From NCBI GenBank assembly GCA_021823405.1, contig JAKAOA010000002.1, positions 12,434 through 76,433 on the forward strand: DNA of 64,000 bases. The letters are read 5' to 3'. Of the stretch, positions 53,552-60,765 are shown piece by piece. This DNA comes from Bacteroidota bacterium (GTDB taxonomy: Bacteria; Bacteroidota; Bacteroidia; JABEUT01). Under the pieces are notes generated by a model that worked only from the letters and a program-made list of their open reading frames with translations, had not been told where the DNA came from and searched no databases. Position numbers and translations under genes: made by a program. Numbering within the stretch: position 1 is the first letter of the stretch; each line of letters begins with the position of its first letter.

Positions 53552-54310
53552 CTATCGGGCTGTATCCTCTGCCGTCGCGAGCAAAATCTGTTCAATTTTC
53601 TTTAGCTGGTCGGGTCTTAATTTCTTTATCTCTTCCTGGCTCAAGCGCGTTTGATTAATCTGTATGTAGTTGTGTTGGTTTTCTACGTAATTTTTACTTG
53701 AACTACTCCCTGAATTTATGGCACCGGTTGCTTCAAGGAATAGTTTTATGGCTTTCATGTCGCCTCCCGATGCTTCACGGTATAATATGGCAAGTATTTT
53801 CCCGCTTACCAGTTTATAACGGTCCTTTTGTTCCAAATAGTTGGGATTATGTTCGTATTCCTTTAAATGTTTGTAAAGGGTTCTTCTGCTTACCCCCGTC
53901 ATCTCAAGCAGGTCCGATTTCCTTGGCATAATGCCGTGTTTGGCAATATACTTATTTATCGCCTGAACTATATTGGCATGGTTTGTTTCCCAAATATCGT
54001 CCTGGAAGCCGGCGTGCAGAACGGGAGCAACCCTTTCCAGAAATTCTTCCTGTTCCTCTCCTTTCAGTCGGTTTGCGTCACGGTTTATTTTATTAATTAA
54101 ATAATCCTTCTCTTCGTCGTTCAGTTGCAGGAAGTCCTTCCTTGTTATCTTTTCCTGCTCGTATAGGGCGTCTGCTTTCGCGAATAGGGCGGGACAGATG
54201 TCCTTTACCGGAGGATTGACGGTTGCAGGCTCGGAGGCATTGGAGCCGGGCGCGGCTGTTTTACCTGATACGGTTTGAATTTGTTGGCTGATGGCTTGAT
54301 TTGTTTCCAT
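53552..54310 (-). CDS. Hypothetical HTH-containing protein at the boundary of the accessory island
   Basis: Predicted HTH segment ...DLLEMTGVSRRTLYKHLKEY. Confidence 0.45.
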   Translation of the reverse strand: METNQAISQQIQTVSGKTAAPGSNASEPATVNPPVKDICPALFAKADALYEQEKITRKDFLQLNDEEKDYLINKINRDANRLKGEEQEEFLERVAPVLHAGFQDDIWETNHANIVQAINKYIAKHGIMPRKSDLLEMTGVSRRTLYKHLKEYEHNPNYLEQKDRYKLVSGKILAILYREASGGDMKAIKLFLEATGAINSGSSSSKNYVENQHNYIQINQTRLSQEEIKKLRPDQLKKIEQILLATAEDTAR

Positions 54311-54463
54311 GATGGTATGATTTTAAATGTTAATGATGACGCAAATATATACATTTAATGGCACATAATATATAATATGTTTATTTATTGAAAAAAGTAT
54401 TAAACAAATCCAATCATCTTTGGAAGATAGATTAGCAACGATAGGGTTGACTTACCCAACAAA

Positions 54464-54485
54464 AAAGCCCTATTTACAGGGCTTT
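54464..54485 (-). terminator. Intrinsic terminator hairpin AAAGCCCT-ATTTAC-AGGGCTTT (T-run on the minus strand). Copy 1 of a triplicated secA-terminator-like hairpin.
   Basis: The 38-bp block 54452-54489 is identical to 56768-56805. Confidence 0.6.
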
Positions 54486-54751
54486 AGTGTTACAGCGTAC
54501 CGGAAAAGTTCTTCAAAAGTTTCAAACTTTTCCTTCGGTTCCTTATGATGCTCCGGTAGTATTGATTTTGAAAAATGTTTTTCCCTGCCTTCTTTTCCTG
54601 AATAAATCTTTTTCTCAATGTTTGAAGCCCATACATAGCCGTGGTTACCAATCACAGTGCAAGAATAGTTTTCCCAGCTAAATAATCTTTCTATTTGGGT
54701 CTCACTAAATCCAAAATGAATTAATCTTTCATTTGTTAAGTCTTCAATCAT
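54470..54751 (-). CDS. Hypothetical small protein (93 aa), last gene of the cassette array. The C-terminus is encoded by the terminator hairpin.
   Basis: ORF only. No motif recognised. Confidence 0.3.
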   Translation of the reverse strand: MIEDLTNERLIHFGFSETQIERLFSWENYSCTVIGNHGYVWASNIEKKIYSGKEGREKHFSKSILPEHHKEPKEKFETFEELFRYAVTLKPCK

Positions 54752-54766
54752 TTAATATGTCTAACG

Positions 54767-55228
54767 TCATTGCTTTTTAATTGGTTTACCATTAGTATCA
54801 ACATCAATAGCATCATTACTATCGTCAATAAATGAGGTATAGAAATCCACCACCATATTATTTTCAAAACTAACTTCAAGAACATATTTATATTTTCCCG
54901 CCTCGCTAAAAGCATAATACGGGGCAAGAAAGTAATCAAATGTATAGTTCCCGCCATTGTGAATTATTTTATTGGGTTCTCCGAGAAATGCAAATATTTC
55001 TTTATTCGTATATTGTTTAATATTTATCCCATTAACCGATACTATTTTCCTTGTTATTGTGTCCTCTATCAAAGCACTGTCTCTGAAAAGGTTCTTTCCC
55101 AATGAATCAGCTTTCCACCTCGAAGAAAAATCACCATTGGTCATATTTTTAAAACCACCAATTAGATGAGGTTGCCCAAAAGCCACAACCGAAATGAAAG
55201 AGAACAATATGAGAAAAGCAGGCTTCAT
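54767..55228 (-). CDS. Secreted hypothetical protein (153 aa) sharing the signal peptide MKPAFLILFSFISVVAFGQ with the neighbouring MORN genes
   Basis: The first 55 nt of the CDS are identical to 55836-55890. Confidence 0.5.
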   Translation of the reverse strand: MKPAFLILFSFISVVAFGQPHLIGGFKNMTNGDFSSRWKADSLGKNLFRDSALIEDTITRKIVSVNGINIKQYTNKEIFAFLGEPNKIIHNGGNYTFDYFLAPYYAFSEAGKYKYVLEVSFENNMVVDFYTSFIDDSNDAIDVDTNGKPIKKQ

Positions 55229-55890
55229 TTTATTTCATTGCCGTTTTCATCGTAATTTTTTTGTTCCTGTAGAGTATCATTCCTGAAAAGTTTTTCACTC
55301 TTTAATTTTCCGTTTTCAAAGTACTCTTTTTCAACCCCATCTTTTTTGCTGTTCACTACTGGACTTTCTATTTTTAAATTACCATTTTCGTAATAACCCT
55401 TCTCAATTCCATTCTCTTCACCGTTCGCCCAGTGTCCTTCTACTTCCAGATTCCCATTTTCGTAATATCCTTTTAATGTTCCATTCCTTTTACCTTTTAA
55501 ATATTGTCTTTCATATTCTATTTTGCCGCTTTCATAGTATTGCCTTTCTGTGCCGGTTTCTTTTCCATTTTCATCGTAAGGAACCTCCAGGAATAATTTT
55601 CCTGTGAATTCGTCGTAAATTCTTCCTATTCCGCTCAATTTACCATTGTGGTAATTGCAAAGCATATAATATGGTGAATTGGTATCCTTTGAAATTTCTC
55701 CCCAATTATTTAGGTATTCCATCCATTCCCCTTCTTTTCTAAAAAGTTTTCGTTTGTTCTTAGCTTCAGCTTTAAATCTTGCTTCCCTGATTCTCCCGCT
55801 GTCATGGGGTTCTATCAGAGTTTTCAGAACTTCCTGCCCAAAAGCCACAACCGAAATGAAAGAGAACAATATGAGAAAAGCAGGCTTCAT
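55225..55890 (-). CDS. Secreted MORN-variant repeat protein (YwqK-family immunity-like)
   Basis: Repeats GEWMEY.., NGKLSGIGRIYDEF, SGKIEYERQYLKGKRNGTLKGYYENGNLEVEGHWANGEENGIEKGYYENGNLK. Start codon overlaps the upstream stop. Confidence 0.65.
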   Translation of the reverse strand: MKPAFLILFSFISVVAFGQEVLKTLIEPHDSGRIREARFKAEAKNKRKLFRKEGEWMEYLNNWGEISKDTNSPYYMLCNYHNGKLSGIGRIYDEFTGKLFLEVPYDENGKETGTERQYYESGKIEYERQYLKGKRNGTLKGYYENGNLEVEGHWANGEENGIEKGYYENGNLKIESPVVNSKKDGVEKEYFENGKLKSEKLFRNDTLQEQKNYDENGNEIK

Positions 55891-56549
55891 TTTATTCGAT
55901 TACCGTCCTTATATTCTACAACTCCTATTTTTTCTCCACGTTCATTATACCAAACATGCTCTCCTTCTAGCTTATCGTTCATAAATCTACCTTGACTTTC
56001 AATGTTACCATTTTTAAAATACCAAGTCCACATTCCAGTCTTTAAGCCCATTTTATACTCTCCTTCAATTTTTTTCCAACCATCAAATGATCTCCAAATA
56101 AAATTACCATTAAGTGAATCATCTTTAAGAGTACCATACCTAGTCTCTTCCTTTTGATAATCATATTCTTCAATCAAACCATTACGTTTCCCATCATGCC
56201 ATATTGAGAGTCGTATAAGTCTTCCTACGCTATCCCATTCTTTCCACTCACCTTCCTTATTATTGTTCTCATAAGAACCTTCTGACTGCTTCACCCCATT
56301 TGGATACCAGTTGCTCCATTTACCAATTAATGCCCCATTTTTAAAACAACCAACCGATTGAATTTTATTGTTAGAAAAATAGTAAGTCCATAAGCTGTCT
56401 TCTTTATTCAGTTTAAACCTGCCGATGCCTTTTAAATTATTTTTTAGGTATATTGTATCATTCTTTTTTTCAACGCCCAATGAATCCTGCTGCTGCCCAA
56501 AAGCCAAAAGCGAAATGAAAGAAAATAATATTAGTAAAGCAGGCTTCAT
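55887..56549 (-). CDS. Secreted MORN-variant repeat protein (YwqK-family immunity-like), paralog
   Basis: Signal peptide MKPALLILFSFISLLAFGQ. Repeats GEWKEWDSVGRL, NGLIEEYDY, KTGMWTWYFKNGNIESQGRF. Confidence 0.65.
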   Translation of the reverse strand: MKPALLILFSFISLLAFGQQQDSLGVEKKNDTIYLKNNLKGIGRFKLNKEDSLWTYYFSNNKIQSVGCFKNGALIGKWSNWYPNGVKQSEGSYENNNKEGEWKEWDSVGRLIRLSIWHDGKRNGLIEEYDYQKEETRYGTLKDDSLNGNFIWRSFDGWKKIEGEYKMGLKTGMWTWYFKNGNIESQGRFMNDKLEGEHVWYNERGEKIGVVEYKDGNRIK

Positions 56550-56551
56550 TT

Positions 56552-56697
56552 TATTTCATTGCCGTTTTCATCGTAATTCTTTGTTGCCCGCTTTCATTGA
56601 CGGTTTCAATTGTCTGAAACGGCAATGCAATACGAATAGGCGTAACCTTTTTGCCGTCTTTATACTTCCCTTCCCAAATAAGTTCGGTCATGATTAA
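56552..56697 (-). pseudogene. Short ORF / 3' remnant of a further cassette gene. The 28-bp TTATTTCATTGCCGTTTTCATCGTAATT at its end is identical to the 3' end of the 55225-55890 gene but is read in another frame.
   Basis: Nucleotide identity of 56551-56578 with 55229-55256. Confidence 0.35.
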
Positions 56698-56779
56698 TTA
56701 TATCTGTGTTGAATTTACGGCGGGGAAATTAGTGAAAAAAGCATTTTCAATGTGTGCTTTGCAAAATTTACCCAACAAA

Positions 56780-56801
56780 AAAGCCCTATTTACAGGGCTT
56801 T
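56780..56801 (-). terminator. Intrinsic terminator hairpin AAAGCCCT-ATTTAC-AGGGCTTT, copy 2. Probably the original secA terminator displaced by the insertion.
   Basis: Identical to copy 1. About 75 percent similar over roughly 90 bp to the secA-proximal region 63428-63520. Confidence 0.6.
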
Positions 56802-56843
56802 AGTGCAGTTCAGTATAAAATCAGTATATCTTTAGTTTGCGGC

Positions 56844-56860
56844 AGTTACTTACCGTGGCA
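56844..56860. repeat. attL core: 17-bp copy of the secA 3' terminus (reverse complement encodes NCHGK-stop)
   Basis: Identical to 63501-63517. Confidence 0.7.
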
Positions 56861-56910
56861 AAAACTATTTATACCTAATTCTATTGGATTGTAGCGTTTT
56901 GAGGTACAAA

Positions 56911-56932
56911 TAGGGTACAAAATAACTCAAAA
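56911..56932. repeat. Two GGTACAAA arm-type direct repeats (GAGGTACAAATAGGGTACAAAA), left arm
   Basis: The 22-bp string is identical to 63359-63380. Confidence 0.65.
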
Positions 56933-57089
56933 ATATCATTGGGAAAATGTTGCATAGAGTATTTCATTAGTTTGAAATTCAATTTGCTTTGAAATATTTA
57001 CCTTTTGAGAATCCGTGTTTTCTTTTGGTATTAATTTTCCCATTATCTTACCAAAAGACCTAATGGCTGATGGGGATGAATAATTCTTT

Positions 57090-57494
57090 TCAACCACTTG
57101 TAATAGTAAAAAGTTGTTTGTCTTTTTCATAAGCATATATTTTTTCAGCTATAATTAAGTAAACTATTACTTTCCAAATGCTTTCAAAATCTGAAAGTTT
57201 AAGATGTTTTTCCCTTTTTAATTGTATAAATTTTTGATAATCAGTTTCCCTAATATAATTTAATATACCGATGGTGTTGTCTATATTATTGTTAGTGAAA
57301 TATACCGCATACGCTGTTTTACCTGTACCCTTATCACCAATAATAAAATACGTAGATTGTTTCTTTATTTTATATAAAAATTCATTCTCTATAAATATTT
57401 TATTGAATATCTCTCTATTTTCTTTTTTTTTGTAATTCTCAGCATCATTAAATCCGAGATACAATTTTCCAATTGGAATTTTTTGCTTTTCCAT
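57090..57494 (-). CDS. P-loop NTPase (Walker A GDKGTGKT). Apparently disrupted: the reading continues in the +1 frame as ORF 56936-57136.
   Basis: Walker A motif. The overlapping out-of-frame ORF shares sequence through a homopolymer-rich segment at 57095-57130. Confidence 0.45.
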   Translation of the reverse strand: MEKQKIPIGKLYLGFNDAENYKKKENREIFNKIFIENEFLYKIKKQSTYFIIGDKGTGKTAYAVYFTNNNIDNTIGILNYIRETDYQKFIQLKREKHLKLSDFESIWKVIVYLIIAEKIYAYEKDKQLFTITSG

Positions 57495-57496
57495 AT

Positions 57497-58399
57497 TTAA
57501 TAAAATTTGATTTTATTCTGAATCAAATAAGGTTCTATCCTGTTTTTAGCGAGTTTTACATAGTCAGGACTAATATCGTAACCGACAAAATTTCTTTCAG
57601 ATTTTAGTGCAGAAATAGCAGTCGTCCCACTACCCATAAAAATATCAAGAATATTATCTCCTTTCAATGAATATAGCTGTATAAGACGATAAGGTAATTC
57701 TTCAGGAAACGGTGCAGGGTGTCCAATTTTCCTTGCACTTTCCGTATTCATGCTCCATATTGATTTTGTCCATTCCATGAATTGCTCTTTGGTAATAGTA
57801 TCCTTCTTCCCATTGGCTTTTCTTTGATAATCGCCTTTTGAAAATACTAAAATATATTCGTGTGTATCTCTTAATACCGGATTAGTAGCACTTTTCCAAC
57901 TACCCCAAGCCATTGAAACACCTGCACCTGCACCTTTAACCCAAATTATTTCGCCCCTCATTTTAAAGCCAATATCATTCATCATTTTAGATATATGGTC
58001 TGAAAGTGGAATATATGGTTTGCGTCCAAGATTGGCGACATTAATACATACTCTTCCCCCATTGACTAAAACCCTGAAAGTTTCAGTAAAAGAATTTTTA
58101 AGCAGGGTTAAATATTCTTGCAAAGTCAAATTATTGTCATATTCTTTTGTAACGTTATAAGGAGGTGAGGTAATCATTAAATGAATAGAATTGTCGGGTA
58201 ACTCTTTCATGTTTTCCGCCGTTCCTAAAATAAATGTATTTAAGTATTCTTTTGGAACTGAATTTTCGTTTGTGTTAATTTTCTTTTCTCCATTTATTAC
58301 AGAATACAGTTTAGAATTGTAAAACTTAGAGCTATCATGGTTTATACGTCCCCCTGTTCCGAATGAACTGGTCTTTGTGCCTGCTATTCTTGTTCCCAT
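57497..58399 (-). CDS. DNA methyltransferase, beta-class amino-MTase (motif IV SPPY precedes the C-terminal FxGxG), likely N4-cytosine specific
   Basis: MITSPPYNV catalytic motif. C-terminal DIFMGSGTT SAM-binding motif. Confidence 0.75.
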   Translation of the reverse strand: MGTRIAGTKTSSFGTGGRINHDSSKFYNSKLYSVINGEKKINTNENSVPKEYLNTFILGTAENMKELPDNSIHLMITSPPYNVTKEYDNNLTLQEYLTLLKNSFTETFRVLVNGGRVCINVANLGRKPYIPLSDHISKMMNDIGFKMRGEIIWVKGAGAGVSMAWGSWKSATNPVLRDTHEYILVFSKGDYQRKANGKKDTITKEQFMEWTKSIWSMNTESARKIGHPAPFPEELPYRLIQLYSLKGDNILDIFMGSGTTAISALKSERNFVGYDISPDYVKLAKNRIEPYLIQNKIKFY

Positions 58400-59031
58400 A
58401 ATTCAATCCATCTTTTGAAAGGTTTATATTCAATAGCTTCTTTATGCCAATTAATTGCAATTTTTAATGTTTCAGGTTGCGACAATAAATATTTCATTGC
58501 TTTTCCGGTCATTTCCACACCACGAGGGTTTGTCCCTTCCTTTGGTAATTTTATGTATTCCTTACGTCCTATTGTTTCAAGAGCTTTAATTTGCGTTTCT
58601 TTTGGAATGTAATAAAACCCGCCGCCGTTACTCCAGTTAATTTGAATAAAAATCATGTCGCATCCAGGATTATATTTTGCGCTAAACTCCTTTGCTTTTG
58701 CAGCATCAACAGTCCAAACCAACTTTACTCCATTTACCGCTCCTGTAATTGTCTTTATTGAAATAGGGCAACCAAATACCTTAACGTCCATTTCTGTTTC
58801 GGTGGTTGGTATTTCAGTTTCAACATTTGTAGTACCAAATTTATATAAAAGAAATGCAACTATTATCCTTTCTCTAATTGTTCCAACTTCCATTCCAATT
58901 TTACCAGCTCTTGAACTTTCAAGTTCGGCAATATGAAATAATTTTGGAAGTGTATTTTGAATTTTTAATATGGTCTCTTTTTCTTTAAAAATACCTTGAA
59001 TATTTGCCTTCATCGTGTAAATATTTTTCAC
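58384..59031 (-). CDS. Candidate type II restriction endonuclease partner of the methyltransferase (uncharacterised, 215 aa)
   Basis: 16-bp overlap with the MTase start. Possible (D/E)xK segment EMDVK. No other recognisable domain. Confidence 0.4.
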   Translation of the reverse strand: MKNIYTMKANIQGIFKEKETILKIQNTLPKLFHIAELESSRAGKIGMEVGTIRERIIVAFLLYKFGTTNVETEIPTTETEMDVKVFGCPISIKTITGAVNGVKLVWTVDAAKAKEFSAKYNPGCDMIFIQINWSNGGGFYYIPKETQIKALETIGRKEYIKLPKEGTNPRGVEMTGKAMKYLLSQPETLKIAINWHKEAIEYKPFKRWIELWEQE

Positions 59032-59289
59032 AAAGTAAGCAAAATTTATCCAAAATAATTTCTTTCTGTTAATAAATATACCTATGAACTAAGCATTAAC
59101 CCGCCCCCCTTCATAATATTGCACATTTTCCAAACGTAAATCTGCCGCCAAATGAAAATAATAATTCTTTTTCCCGAAAATAGAAGGTGCAATAATATCC
59201 TCCGATTATTCCACCCCGCCCTTATCAAAAAAATACCCTGCCCCGCCCTGTACGGTTTGGGTAGTAATTCTTTTTCACAAGGTCTTTGA

Positions 59290-60357
59290 TTAATTTAAAA
59301 CCGTGTCAATACAGTTTTCTAACAGGGATTCCAGTTCCGGCGGCTTTGAAAAGCCAATAAGCGGAAAATCTAAGTCATCATTAATATAGTCGCCCGTTTT
59401 CGGGTCTAAGTGCCATATTTTATAATCCCCTACAGGTGTGAATGTTACTTTTTTGGGCTGTTCAGGTAGAGTAAAACCAAAACCTTCAAAAACGTGCTTT
59501 TTATCCAGTGCTTTTAAAATATTATAAAGTGCGTGGGCGTATATTGTAGGGGCTGCCATTCCTTGCAATTTTTTATCATTATCCGGCTCGGTGAATATTT
59601 TTCCGCAATACTTAATTAATTCAATTAACGCTCCTTGCATATTCCATACTGGCTTTACCTTTTGTGCTCCTGGGTTTGCATATTTCAAAGTCCATAGTTT
59701 ACACCATTCCTTTTTAAGAGTGTCGCCTATTTCCTTATTCTTAACTATGATATGGAAATGTGGGTTGTAAGTATGCTTTTCAGGGTTAAATCCACACTCT
59801 AACGTCCTTATCCCTATTAACTTTTTACATTTTCCTTTTTTATAACCTCTGTCATATTTGTCAATGATTACAGCAATAGCCCGACACATACCGTCAATAT
59901 ATTTTTTTAAGTTTTTGACTTTTTGCGCTTTTACTGTTAGTGTTACAAAATAAGCGTTTCCCCATTCGTTTTGAAAATAGGGATAGTATCGGTTCAATAA
60001 GTCAGCTTTGCGGTTACCGCAACATAACGGACAAAATCGCAGCTTACAATATTTCCCGTGTAGCTTTCCCCCAGTTGTATAGATTTTACCTAAACAATGG
60101 TAAGCGTTCCAACACTGTTTAATGAAATCATAATCCCTGTATTCTTTTGCCACGTCAATAAGTTTTAGCACTAAGGCGTTACTAATCATTCTCCTTTTAG
60201 CCAACTTTTGTAACCCTGTATTGTCGGCAATATCTTTTCCTTTCCCCTTAACTATTATTACAGGGTTTCGGGAAGGTTTGACATATAGAGGTGTACGGTG
60301 AACTGCTAATGTATAGATTTCCTTCCCCAAAGGGTTTCGTTTTCGCTCTATTCTCAC
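59290..60357 (-). CDS. rep: Rolling-circle replication initiator / HUH endonuclease with a Cys-rich zinc-finger-like segment
   Basis: Three RCR motifs in order: FVTLTV, HTYNPHFHIIV (HUH) and LIELIKYCGK (YxxK). Cys cluster CKLRFCPLCC. Confidence 0.7.
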   Translation of the reverse strand: MRIERKRNPLGKEIYTLAVHRTPLYVKPSRNPVIIVKGKGKDIADNTGLQKLAKRRMISNALVLKLIDVAKEYRDYDFIKQCWNAYHCLGKIYTTGGKLHGKYCKLRFCPLCCGNRKADLLNRYYPYFQNEWGNAYFVTLTVKAQKVKNLKKYIDGMCRAIAVIIDKYDRGYKKGKCKKLIGIRTLECGFNPEKHTYNPHFHIIVKNKEIGDTLKKEWCKLWTLKYANPGAQKVKPVWNMQGALIELIKYCGKIFTEPDNDKKLQGMAAPTIYAHALYNILKALDKKHVFEGFGFTLPEQPKKVTFTPVGDYKIWHLDPKTGDYINDDLDFPLIGFSKPPELESLLENCIDTVLN

Positions 60358-60359
60358 AG

Positions 60360-60692
60360 CTACCTTCTTTTACCCTTTACATAGTCCTTTGCTTCGGCGG
60401 CTATTTCTGTAACCGTTTTTTTACGCCCAGCCTTTATATATTCCATCAAATCTTGCCTTGAGAAATACAATCGGTGGGAACGCTTACATACTGGGATTTC
60501 AGCTTTGTGTACTTTGGTGTACAGGGTAGCTTTAGAAAGTTTTAGAAACTCTGCGGCCTGCTCAATGGTTAAAAGCTCATCGGCTTCGGGCTGAGGCTCA
60601 CCACTCCTTTCAAGTAATAACCGCTTTATCTCACTTACTTCATTAGTAAGCTGGGTAACGGCTTGGGGTAAATTTTCAAATGTGATTTCCAT
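60360..60692 (-). CDS. Excisionase-family helix-turn-helix DNA-binding protein (xis-like)
   Basis: HTH LTIEQAAEFLKLSKATLYTKVHKAEIP typical of Bacteroidetes mobile-element excisionase/HTH-17 proteins. Adjacent to int and rep. Confidence 0.65.
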   Translation of the reverse strand: MEITFENLPQAVTQLTNEVSEIKRLLLERSGEPQPEADELLTIEQAAEFLKLSKATLYTKVHKAEIPVCKRSHRLYFSRQDLMEYIKAGRKKTVTEIAAEAKDYVKGKRR

Positions 60693-60765
60693 TGTACTAT
60701 CAGTTTTAAATTTGATAGTGCAACAGTATAGGGGGCTTTTAGGGGCAACAATAGGGGCGTACGCC

